From: Laetmonice hystrix
Lineage: Eukaryota
Length of the DNA: 60,000 nucleotides
Assembly (NCBI GenBank): GCA_965235115.1
Contig: OZ249436.1
Span: forward strand, 18,974,001 to 19,034,000
Direction of reading: 5' to 3'
Made by a program: the position numbers and the translations under genes. Positions 1 through 12,600 of this stretch are shown here, piece after piece (positions within the stretch are counted from its first letter, which is position 1; the number at the start of each line of letters is the position of its first letter). A model generated the notes under the pieces. It was not told where the DNA came from, ran no database searches, and saw only the letters and a program-made list of their open reading frames with translations.

Positions 1-432
1 TTGTGTCATGCTTACATGGTAATAAATTGAAAAAAACTCAAAAAATGTCAAAGTTTACTACTGAAATTTTACGGTCCCCCTCCCCCTTAAGATGTGTTTT
101 GAGTCAGCAACCTGGAATTGTATATATGATTCAAAAAACGAATCGGGCCCAACAACTGTTGTGTAGTGTGCATGTGTCAGTCTTTAATCAGGAATCGGGA
201 AAAATAGCAACTCAACTGTCGCGTCTTAGCAAGTCGTGTAATGTGCACCGGGCATGAGTGTGCCTCTGTCTGTAAAGATATACAATGACAATGTTTTCTG
301 TTTTTCACTTTCAGACTCAGAGTTGATGCACATTTGGTGAGAGTCTTGAACACCTCAAGACCAGTCTGATCAAGGCAGAAAGAGAGAATATCTGCTTCTC
401 AAGTATTAACTAAGTCTCAACAACATATCAAA

Positions 433-3400
433 ATGGGAGGCCACCAAGTGTCCCATGTACGTCGACTGCTGCACTGGGGCCCAATCCTGGCCCTGACTGT
501 GATAACTGTGATATCAATCTGTGGCATCACGTGTTCTCTACAGTGGTGGCCCGTCACTACCATTGGAGGATTCCTTAACATGACGGTCTATCTCGTCTGG
601 AATGTGACGACGCTGTACAACTTCTTCAATGCTGCATTTGTTGGCCCTGGACATGTACCTGAAGGATGGAAACCTGTGAGTCTATGGCTAGATTTCTCTT
701 CATGGTGTAAATGATTGATGGGCTGATATCTGGACTGTTTGGAGGTCTGGCTGATAATCAAGATAAATAATTAATTGATGTCCTTATATCTGGACTTTTT
801 TTGGTCTGGTCGATAATCACGATAAATAATTGATTAAGGTCATGTGTGGCACCTATCAAATCTCCCACCATATCTCGCCATGGTAACCAATGTATCCAAC
901 CCAAACCCATTACATATCAATATAATGCATTTCAATAAAAAGAACAAGTAGTTTTGATTTAAAAAATGTTAAGATATCTATATGTCACTGCGGTTACTTT
1001 TTTGTTTATGAAATGATACATTCTCTGAGCCATATACTCGACAGAATTGCAGCTTGATTTTTTTCAAGCCTAGGTTTATGGCCAATAATACCTGCATGGT
1101 AATACCAGCATGGTAACTTATGGATATTTTTCCCTTTTTAAAATCAGAGACACATACATAATATTGATATGTAATGGGGTTGACTTAGTGTAGCACATGA
1201 CCTTAATGTCCTTATATCTGGACTTTTTTTGGTATGGTCAATAATGAAGGTAAATAATTGATTGATGTCCCAGGGGTCGAAAAATCCAACTTTTGGCCAC
1301 TAGCCCAGAGTCATAGTGGGCAAAAAGGGCATGTCTGTCGGACTAGTTTAATGCATTTGCTTGGCTCTTGGGGGTAGTCCGACCTGAAGAAACGCTCTAG
1401 TCCCGGGCCTCGGACTAGATTCTTTGACCCCTGCGTCCTGATATCTGGACTTTTTGTCGGTCTGTTCAACAACCGAGACAAATTTCCGGAAAATTATCCT
1501 CATAAACCTTAGTTAAGGCTCGGAGATCCTTTTTACAACTTGAGTGTTTCATATTGCTGTTTTACATATTTCCTTGCAGGAAGATCAAGAAGATTTGCAG
1601 CGTGTCCAATATTGCATGTATTGCAAAGGGTACAAGGCTCCAAGGTCACACCACTGTAGGAAATGTAACAGGTAACAAGCCTAATTTGAGATTGTTTGTT
1701 GTCCCAAGTTACATAATTACTGTCCTAGTTTATAGATTAGGTGACAATAAAGTTGCTGATCGTCCCTGCCTGACCATTAAAAAAGGCCCTCAGACAGATT
1801 TTAAAAAAAGTTGTATTTGAAAAATATGTGCCAAAAATGCAAGAAACATGCACCAGAATGACTTTATCAGTTTATGAGCATGGTTTTGGACTGCCAAAAA
1901 ATTATTATAAAATTTCAAAAGCAAGTTATACTGCAACAGTTGTTGAGCCGTGAAGGCCAATGTTGAAGCAAAGAAGATTATGGGCAGGGAATTTGTAATG
2001 AAGGACATGGAGTGTTGAAGCCTCATGGAATTTGTAATGTAATGAGGGACGTGGAGTGTTGAAGCCTCATGGAATTTGTAATGAGGGACGTGGAATGTTG
2101 AAGCCTCGTGGAAATTGTAATGAGGGACGTGGAGTGTTGAAGCTTCATGGAATTTGTCATGAGGGACGTGGAGTGTTGAAGCCTCATGGAATTTGTCATG
2201 AGGGACGTGGATTGTTGAAGCCTCATGGAATTTGTAATGAAGGACATGGAGTGTTGAAGACCCATAGAATTTGTATTGAGGGACGTGGAGTGTTGAAGCT
2301 TCATGGAATTTGTCATGAGGGACGTGGATTGTTGAAGCCTCATGGAATTTGTAATGAAGGACATGGAGTGTTGAAGACCCATAGAATTTGTAATGAGGGA
2401 CGTGGAGTGTTGAAGCCTCATGGAATTTGTAATGAGGGACGTGGAGTGTTGACGACCCATAGAATTTGTATTGAGGGACGTGGAGTGTTGAAGCCTCATC
2501 GTAACATGTGATTGATTTGTTTCAGTTGTGTTATGAAGATGGATCACCACTGTCCATGGATCAACAACTGCGTTGGACACTTTAACCACGCTTATTTCAC
2601 TTACTTTTTATTCTATGCACCTTGTGGCTGTATTCATTCAGTTTGTGTACTTCTACCTGCAATGTATCGGGCTCTTAATAGGGTAAGTAACAAGCTAAAG
2701 TCTAAACCAAAAACATGATGTAGATAAACATGGTTTTCTGGTTTTGATGATGTCAGTAAGATTTTAACTGGTATTATTAGAATGTAGGTACAGTGTTGCC
2801 GACCATCCGTATTTTATACGGAAACCTCCGTATTTTCAGCTCACCCTTTCAACTTATTCAAGAGGTCCGTTTTCCGTATTTTCCGAAAAACCTCAGTAAT
2901 TACAGAGAAATTGTCGGTATGGGTCCGTATATTTCAAACCTCTAAGAATGTCAGTACTGTAAGTCAAAGGACCAATCAGAACATGGAACACAAGTTGGCC
3001 AGTTTTGACATGGTTATGAACAGTTGGCCAACCAGCCAGTCTACTTGAGTTGAGGGCATTTCAGCAAACTTGCGAACGTGTGTTACCGCGCGCAAATGGG
3101 TCGCATGTCGTTCGCGAATGGGTCAGCATTTTTTTGGTTCCCCAGGTTGGCAACACTGTAGGTAGGCCTATGTTACCTCCATCAGGTTTTGGCAAAAACT
3201 TTGAGAAACAAGTCTCACTGCCTTTAAAAATCTGTTTAAGACTTTGAAAAAGTGATTGGTGTTGGGTTTGTGGGCACTTAAGTTTCAAACTACCATTGGT
3301 TATTTGAGGTACATGTATGTTATATAACTGTGCAATGTAATGTGAGATATATTTTATTTTCAGCATTATTACATACTCTATGGGACTGGGGATGAGCCTA

Positions 3401-5463
3401 TTGTTCAGCTAGGGATCAACCATTTTATATGTTGTATGTTTGCTGTCGGACTGGCAGTCGGCGTCATCATCGCTGTTGGTGGCCTTCTCTTTATCCAGGT
3501 AAAATCGACAGTCAAAGTTTCACACAATGAAACAGTAATACATGTGTAATTAACATTTTCCAAGTATTGATAGTATTTTTATTCCCCAAAAGTTAAATGC
3601 ATGTAGTTATTATTTTATTTATAATGACTTAACAAGCGACCAAAAATGCTTTGCAGGTCAGAGCAATACTGAAAAATGAGAGTGGAATCGAGTCATGGAT
3701 TATTGAAAAAGTAAGTGGAAAGCAAGGAAAAGATGAAGTCTCATATGATTTTAAATGAAAGCATATAAATAAATTTAAGTGACACCATATAGTTAGCAGA
3801 ACTTTGCCCCCCCCTCGAAGAATATTAATGTTATTTGCCACCCCGTGCTTCTGTTGCCTTCTTAAGTTCACATATAATTTTCATTAAATTTGCTCCCCCC
3901 CCCAAAAAAATTTCCTGCAGAGGCCATGTGTATAGTGTGTTGTCAAACCTATTGTTTGTTCCTGCCAGATTGCATACATATGACAGGCTTAAAATTACAT
4001 TATTAATCCACAGGCCGAATATCGACTCAGAGAGGAGGATGAACCCGAGTTTGTGTTCCCATACAACCATGGCCGCTGGGAGAATTGGCAACACGTGTTC
4101 AGTTTCAAACCGAACCCTAAGATGGATGGGATCTGGTGGCCAGTGGTTGAGGGCTGTGACCAGTTTACTCTCACGGTAACACCCAGTCCATCATTGTGGA
4201 TAGTACTTACATTACCTCTCAATTAAACTATGTATATATGTACTATGTGTGAAATGTTTGGGTCATGCAAAGTCATCCTTTACACAAATCTTGAGATGGG
4301 ACGAAAAGATAGAAAATATTGGGACATACATACATGACATACATACGTACATACAGACTTTCAGTCAGGGATCGGCTATAGATCTGAGCAATCACTGATA
4401 ACTTGAGACTGACAGTCATGTAGTGTGCATACTCAACTGTTGCATCTTAGCAAGTCGTGTAGTGTGCACCGGGCATTAGCTGCTTCACATGGAACTGACT
4501 TTTAGTTTGTGTTTCTGCCACTAGGAGGAACAGATCAAACAAAAGAAGGAGAAGAAAGACAGAAGTGTGGTGTACAAAATTAAAGAGAGTTACAGTGGGG
4601 CCATATTTCCCTGTACCAAAGGTTGCAGGGTTTGTTGTTGTCCTCCCTGCTCAGACGAATCACGCATTCCACTGGTGGTTGGTGACCACGTTCTTGTCTC
4701 ACGATGGAAAAAGTAAGGTTTTTTTTATTGTGCACCTCCTTAAAAGTAATGTGTGTTCTCCTCCTCCCATATTTTTATGATATTCTGAAATTAGGTGAAA
4801 GTTATAATATTTGTAATAGTTTGGTTAATGGAACCTCTTAATGTCATGACCCAAAGCAGTGAGTTTATTTTTAGAAATAAAATGTTCAACTGTGAACCTT
4901 GGTTTTTACAGGCATTGGTTATATGGTGACAAGATGGGCATAGAGAAAAGTCAAGAAGGTGAGATAAAATGCAATATTTTGTGTTTTTGTTGAGTTATTT
5001 CAGGTAACGTGAGGATAAACTGGCAAAACGTTCTAACATCAGGATTCTTAAAACATATTCATATGATATGTAACTTATATAATAGGTAGAAATATTTGTC
5101 AATACTTTCTGCATTACCTTCACTGTAAGAAAATTTGATTTCATTTCTTTGAAACTTTCTCTATCATTTCATGAAAACTTCATTTCATTATCCTCAAAAT
5201 TCCCGTTTTGAAATAAATGAGATTATAACATGACATTTTTTTATGTGTCATCTGTGTGGTCATTCGTGCACCTTTTAATTTTTCTCTCATTCCATGGTCT
5301 GTTTTTATAGTTTCCTTCCAAATCCAGATATAACTGACGTCATGTTTCAGGAGACTTGAGGGTGCGCGGATGGTTCCCGCGGCGATGTGCTATCGAGGTG
5401 ATGGAGAACGGTCACACTCTGCAGCAGTCAGAAAAAGATGAAGAAGACAAGAAACAAGAGTGA
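433..5463 (+). CDS. ZDHHC6: DHHC palmitoyltransferase, ZDHHC6-like, 9 coding exons, 396 aa
   Basis: Exons 433-675, 1580-1671, 2526-2682, 3364-3498, 3657-3710, 4014-4175, 4525-4712, 4912-4958, 5351-5463 have GT-AG boundaries and join in frame (1191 nt). Protein has RRLLHWGP near the N-terminus, the Cys-rich CxxCxxxKAPRSHHCRKC..CVMKMDHHCPWINNCVG domain, a C-terminal SH3-like region (CCCPPCSDE, WLYGDK, RGWFPRRC) and a KKxx-type end (DKKQE). Confidence 0.93.
1271..1433. mobile_element. MITE with CAGGGGTC termini
   Basis: TIRs caggggtcgaaaaatc / gattctttgacccctg; flanks tgtcc / cgtcc (near-perfect 5-bp TSD); interrupts a unit of a ~60-bp intronic repeat. Confidence 0.7.
1987..2500. repeat. 39-bp minisatellite in a ZDHHC6 intron
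   Basis: About 13 copies of ggaatttgtaatgagggacgtggagtgttgaagcctcat. Confidence 0.95.
2791..3158. mobile_element. MITE with CAGTGTTGCC termini and 6-bp TSD
   Basis: TIRs cagtgttgccgacc / ggttggcaacactg, flanked on both sides by taggta. Confidence 0.8.
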
Positions 5464-5837
5464 CTTTATCTCAAGATGCTCAACACTTCCGGCCACCAAG
5501 TACTAGCTCCATGCTTTTCAAAGAATACCAAGAACTTCATGCCTTGTATGTTTTTATGTCAATACTTGACCTGATATTGCCATCATATTACTAGAACTTA
5601 CGAGAACTTTTGCATTTTTTTGGCGTGTTTAGAAAATAACGGCAGAAAGAATTGGTAATAATTATTAATAGATCTCGGGATCATGAAGTGCTGATTTACA
5701 AATGCAGATTTTATCCACGGTTTCTATCTGTGAACATAGTATCTGTTATGGATACAATCTTTTTCTACTTTTTGCACACTTGTAGTCCTTGTGTGTGTCC
5801 ATCATTTTTGATGTACCAGTAAATGTTCCTGTTGGAA

Positions 5838-6170
5838 CACAAGCAATGACGTCTGTTGGTGAGAGTGGAAGTTGTGTCAAATATAGTCGATGCAAGCAAT
5901 GACATCTGTTGGTGAGAGTGGAAGTTGTGTCAAATTATAGTCGATGCAAGCAATGACATCTGTTGGTGAGAGTGGAAGTTGTGTCAAATATAGACTATTA
6001 TAGTAGATGCAAGCAATGACATCTGTTGGTGAGAGTGGAAGTTGTGTCAAATATAGGAGATGCAAGCAATGACATCTGTTGGGGAGAGTGGAAGTTGTGT
6101 CCAATATAGTAGATGCAAGCAATAACATCTGTTGGTGAGAGTGGAAGTTGTGTCAGATATAGTAGATGAG
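5838..6170. repeat. ~54-63-bp minisatellite downstream of the ZDHHC6 stop codon
   Basis: About 6 copies of caagcaatgacatctgttggtgagagtggaagttgtgtcaaatatagtcgatg. Confidence 0.93.
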
Positions 6171-7899
6171 GGACAGGCAGACCATAAACATTTTAAGAGA
6201 CACAAGGGTAAGAGATATTGAGCTTAAATTTACAGCTATGACTGAGAAAGTTAAGATCACCTCATGTGGGAATTCTCTTCGGAACAAATGGTGCTATGTT
6301 TGCATTTGTTGTAAAATGTAGTTTTTGTTGGTTGCTGTGTTGGATGTATGCTTGTTGCAGGATATAGGATACGTTTGCTGAATATGAAGACGTTTGATCA
6401 GGAAAAGAGAAATTTGTTGTTTCCAAAACATTGTATTGTGGTCTGAAGTTTGTCTCTCTTGTCATTGAATGGATCATAAAATTATAAAATCTCACAATAT
6501 ATAAATGGCACAGTAAAGCTGACAAAAATGGTGCACAGAGTGTTTATTTGCATTGGGGGGGGGGGGGATTTTTAGTGTTATGGTCCTTTCACGAAAATAT
6601 AAAAGGTGGTTCAAAGTTGTGAAATATGTGTCCCGCGTTTACTAATTAAAACGTTGTAAACATTCCTTTATTTATACGTACTTGTATACTTTGGTACATA
6701 TCACGGGGGAGAACCGTGAGTTAGAGAGGCCTCGGAACGTTAGCCTCCAACAGAATGGTGTGTACTCCCACGAAGGTGTGTGCCTAAGGTAAACTAAGAC
6801 GGAAGGATCTTTGATTATTAATTATTATTTTCGTAGAAATTATTTTTGATAAAAGTGAGTGAAAGATGAGTGGGTGTACAGCCTAAAATAGAAGCTGTCA
6901 CGAGTGCATTTACGGAATATTTTTCTCTGAGTATTTAAAAGCTATTTGAATGTAAATTATATTCTTTTTTCAGCAAGGCTACTATTAAATAAAGAAACAT
7001 TTGTTTATAGAACGTCATACACGGGTCAGTAACAATGTAAGAATAATTTGGCTCTGAAAGAAATGGCGCGGGTAACAGGGCTGATCTAGGTAGGATTTTG
7101 GATAGATGGAGGCTGTGAAGGCTAGAAAATGAGGATGAGGTCAGACATCAGACCCTCTCTTCCCTGATCCAGGCGTGTGTTGAGAATGCGTGTCAAGATA
7201 CGGTTAGAATGTTCAACCCATGGTGTATAGAGCCACCTGGTGTCAGTGGCGGGAATGAATACTTGGACGTCTGGTGTGAAATGACGTCAAGATCTCAGCG
7301 AGTTATGGGGCCGAACTGGGAAGTGGGGGTGGCGGCAGAAAGATTTTTTTTTTTTTTTTTTTGGGGGGGGGGGGGGGGGTACACATTCTCTGAGCCATAT
7401 ACTCGACGCACTCGCAGTTTGATGTTTTTTAAAGCCTATTATTACAAAATATGTCCCATCATGAGTGCAGAATATTTTTCCAACCATAGAGGGGTTATTT
7501 TTCAGAGACGAGTGACGTGGTCTGTGTTGTAGGCCCCCTGGCGGGTCACAGATGAACTATGACGCTGCAGTCCGCGCCTATATTTGTGTATAATCGGGAG
7601 TTATGATAATACATGTACACCAGGTACTAACCAACTAACAGGTGTCAGGGGGTCACTGGTAGTGCTGTTAGTAAAGGGGCTTGTGATTTAATGGCAACAA
7701 TATTTGATCTTTCTGGGCAATGATCACCGTCAATAATGCTTCATTCTTCAGGTGTATGAACGGTAGTGGATTTATAAATTAATAAATCATTTCATAAACA
7801 TAAATTGGCGTTTTAGTTTATAATGTTCATCTGAGAGGACTTTTATCGAGTTATGAATAGTCCAAGGTGAAAAGAACACACTTCAGTAGATTTTGTATG

Positions 7900-8240
7900 G
7901 ATACTGCCAGGATATGATGTGAAATGTCCCATGTACTGCCAAGATATCATTAATGTCCCATGTACTGCCAGGATATGATTTGAAATGTCCCATGTGCTGC
8001 CAGGATATCATTTGAAATGTCTTAAATGTCCCATGTAGGGGGGCCTACTATGTAGTGCCAGGATATGATTTGAAATGTCCCATGTACTGCCAGGATATGA
8101 TTTGAAATGTCCCATGTACTGCCAGGATATGATTTGAAATGTCCCATGTACTGCCAGGATATGATTTGAAATGTCCCATGTACTGCCAGGATATGATTTG
8201 AAATGTCCCATGTACTGCCAAGATATGTGAAATGTCCCAT
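7900..8240. repeat. 33-bp minisatellite
   Basis: About 9 copies of tactgccaggatatgatttgaaatgtcccatg. Confidence 0.93.
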
Positions 8241-9619
8241 AAGATAGATTGTTGTACTTCAAAATATTCAATGTGCAATAAATCATGTCCGTTCACAAAG
8301 TTTATTTCCTTGGTGATTAGATTTTTGGACCTGGGCCAGGCAGTCGAAAAGGGCGGCGGCTCGGTGCCTGGCGTTTGTCAGGTGGCCTCCATGCAACTCG
8401 ACTTTTTGAGGTAAGAATTGGCAGCAAGAGGGGCGACAGGGTGGACCTTTCTACCTAAGACAGGCTTTCTGTGATCAGTCAGTGAAAAACTGTAAGATGG
8501 TAAATGTTGACGGCACGAACACAAAGACAAACTACACTGTACTAGGAATTATCAATAGGAACCTCTTTATTGCACCAAGGTACCTAAAAGAACGAGCAGT
8601 CATTCAATCCAAAATAATATCACCTTTACGGTACAAATGTAAACTCTCCAACCAAGTTGACTACTGCAGTTACAGCACTGAAAAATCCTGATGGTAGTTC
8701 AAAACAAAACTATTGTTTTAAAATCAGGGAAGATCTCGATTACATATGTACCAACACATTGAGTAAACCGAGTACACACAATCTTTGGCACACCTTTCTA
8801 AAGTTGGCGGCACTGGGTGGATACAATACCTGGTGTCGACACAGAACTAAACCAGATTTTTGGCCTCAAACGGCTAACATTATTTACACTTCGTCAGTGC
8901 TGGGGTTTGGGCTATGAGGATACGTGTAGATTACTGTAGTCCATCTTGGTACGTGGTTTGACATCGTGGAAAAGGAACCCCTATGAAAAGCTTCCCTCCC
9001 GAAAAATTGAGGGAGGTAGTAGTCGGGGGCAGGTGTTTCCATAGTTGGTGAGGGGGGGGGGGGGGAGGGGGAACTATCCAGCTGAGATTCTAATTAAGAT
9101 ACCTGTAGACATTCAGTATGTACACGTTGTTACTGTAATAAAGACTGATACCCGTTTCTGTTCATAGCATTGGCACATCCAAAGTATCTACCAGTATCTC
9201 CCATGTGTCATTGGTACTTACGCAATAACCCACACGTCATCGGTACTCACATATGCATCGATACTTACGAAATAACCACACGTCGTCGATACTTACAAAT
9301 TACCTATGCGTCGTCGGTACTTACAAAATAACCCAGCCGTCATGTCGACACTGACTAGACATGGCAAAAGTGCCCTGCATTTTAAACTAGAACTAACAGT
9401 CAAAATCTTTTATATTGGTTGAACACATGGGGGTCAAAGCTAACTCTTTTAAATCACCGTAAGGTCTCCCTTGACAAGGCAACGATTTATGACGCCCATA
9501 ATTGCTTTTGGGTGAAGCTTTGCACTGAAAAGAACTGTTCAGTCTCAGATATCACGTCTCTAAAATGAGACTCAGCCTCAAAATGTAACACTTGTTCATA
9601 TCAGACGACTCCCTGAGGA

Positions 9620-12600
9620 TCACTGAAGGATTCCTTCCATGGCAATGAACTCTTGCAGCTTGGAAGGCAGGGGAAGTTGTTTGACCTTGTCAAATGGTTT
9701 CCTCCCTATACAGGTCCTGATTATCCCTCGACATTCAGTGAGAAGGTTGCGGGGTCTGCTGAGAATACCCAGGAAGAACTCAGCATATTGAATGAGCAGT
9801 CTGGGCTGAAGTCCAGCATCGGCAGCATAGCGGGTGCGGAACATGATGTCCTTCAAAGTTCGGAGCTGTTGGTATGGCATGCGCGGGGTCGCCTCCAGAA
9901 TCTCCTTGATAAGAAGGAAGTTATCTTTTTGGACGGCAGTGTAGAGTGGTTCAAGCTCCAGATGAGGGTGTGAGTCGGTGTAGGTCATGCAGCAGCGCCC
10001 TCTAGGGATGCCATGGTGTGTGGAGGGGTTGGCGCCCCAGTAGATGAGCAGGCGCACCAGACTCACGTTGTCCGCACTCACGGCGAGTCGTAACGCACTC
10101 TCCCACTGCATAGTTAGCTAGAAATATCAAATTAAACAAGATTCTTACCTTGCTAGACCGACTGAGTCTTATGTGAGTGTGTATAGAGCCACATGTTACA
10201 TATTTTCCTACATTCATTTAAATCTCTGAATACCATTCAGGCAGATAGCCATGCTGATGTTTGTATTTAACATCATCCTGTTTATGTTATGAAGTCAGAA
10301 GTACACAGTACCTGGTTGACCTCACTACCAGCCTGGAGTAAAACCTTCGCCACACTGACGTATCCATGCCTGGCCGCAGCATGAAGCGGAAAGTTCACCA
10401 CCCCTTGGTTGACATCGATACCAGGCTGGGACAACAAAAGTTGGATCATCTCGTCACTACCCTTGTCACAGGCAGCACAGAGTGGACTTGTTCCGTCACT
10501 GTTGGTTTGGTTCACATCACAGCCTGTCAGTCAGACAGAACACAGAATTTAATAAGGGAAAGTTTCCCCAGATTGAACGACATCACAGCCTGTCAGTCAA
10601 AGACAGAACACAGAATTTACTAAGGGAAAGTTTCCCCAGATTGAAAGACATCACAGCCTGTCAGTCAAAGACAGAACACAGAATTTAATAAGGGAAAGTT
10701 TCCCCAGATTGAACGACATCACAGCCTGTCAGTCAAAGACAGAACATGTAGAACTTAATAAGGGAAAGTTTCCCTAGATTGAAAGACATCACAGCCTGTC
10801 AGTCAAAGACAGAACACAGAATTTAATAAGGGAAAGTTTCCCCAGATTGAAAGACATCACAGCCTGTCAGTCAAAGACAGAACACAGAATTTACTAAGGG
10901 AAAGTTTCCCCAGATTGAACGACATCACAGCCTCTCAGTCAAAGACAGAACATGTAGAATTTAATAAGGGAAAGTTTCCCCAGATTGAAAGACATCACAG
11001 CCTGTCAGTCAAAGACAGAACATGTAGAATTTAATAAGGGAAAGTTTCCCCAGATTGAAAGACATCACAGCCTGTCAGTCAAAGACAGAACATGTAGAAT
11101 TTTCAATGACCAGTGACGTTCTCAGACAGTAGGGCTATGATGAGGGTCCTTCATGGTGCGATAGTATGGAACGAGATGCCTGGAGCATAAATAATTATGG
11201 TGGCATATTAATGTGCAAGGTATCGAGTTCCATACCTTCCTGGCATGAAGGAGCCGAATATCATTAAGTGTTTATGTGCTTCAATTACCAGTATTTCTAA
11301 TTTAAGGAAGACAAGAAATGTATATCCATCCTCTGATGGCCTAATTTATAATACATGTTTCCATGCCCCAAAACATGTATTAAAAGGTCTCCATGCTTGG
11401 CATCCCCCTGAATGACACTGCGCATAATTATAGTACCAACTTTCAGGGTGAACAATCACAGGTAAAAATTTACAGTGTTACAGTGATACACGGTAGTAGT
11501 GAATGTTTTCTCACTACAACCCTGCGAGGACAAAGTGATTGCCTTGCCTGCAGAGATGAGGAATCGGACTGTTTCTGCACAGTCATGGACTACTGCAGCA
11601 AATAGAGGTGACTGATGATGAGTTTTCTCACAGACATCAACTTCGCTGCCAGCGTCCACGAGTTGACGAATGATCTGAAACAATGTCAATTCATCTGATC
11701 AATTCGTCCAAACATCCAATCAGAAACCACCCACCACACAAAGTACTCAGAAGTTGGGGTTAAAATAGTCTAGCTCATCCTACCCCTGTTTATAAACATT
11801 AGGCCTCAAAATAAGGTTGATCCCTGAGGCTACACTATCTTTCACTAGCCCCAAAACCTTACCCGAGCCCCACAACTTACACGAGCCTCAATCCTTACAC
11901 TAGCCCCAAACCTTACCCGAGCCCCAAACCTTTACCCAAACCTTTACCTGAACCCCAAATCTTTACCTGAGCCACAAACCTTACACGAGCCCCAAACCTT
12001 ACCCGAGCCCCAAATCTTTACCCGAGCCCCAAACCTTACACTAGCCCCAAACCTTACACTAGTCCCAAACCTTTATCAAAGAAAATAAGGTACAATACCT
12101 GCATATTAGCCCTGAGATCTATTGCCGTGTAAAGGGGCAACTCATTTCTGTTATTCGCAGCATTCACATCAGCACCTGAAAAACATAAAGAAAGCCGACA
12201 ATGTACATAATGTGCATAATAAGATGACTCACTGAAGTGGTGTATGATCTGGTGAATCGAAGTTAAAGTGAATTCTAAAATCAACATTCGTAAAACAGAT
12301 GTATGATTGATACTTGGAGTCCTTAACTATACCGTAAATTGTTTGCACTAATTACTTCATTTTGCATATAAATTTCCTTTTGAAATTTGCAAGCAAAATC
12401 AAATATTTTCCATTGAATCGAAAAAGACAATTACCCATTTTAAAATGACGATATTTGTACCAAATTTAAGGGCCTGATCCACTAAGGTGATTTCCCTTGC
12501 GATGGCCATGTGATTTGTGATTTAATGGAGGAATTTCACTCTAAAATCTTTCCTGGCTGGCCTTCCCTGTTACAGGAAATGGGTACTGGGCCATTCCAGG

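Noticed and set aside
2023..2589. Long repetitive ORFs on both strands (188 aa and 151 aa)
   Set aside because: Product of a 39-bp minisatellite in a ZDHHC6 intron; the flanking exons join correctly without it.
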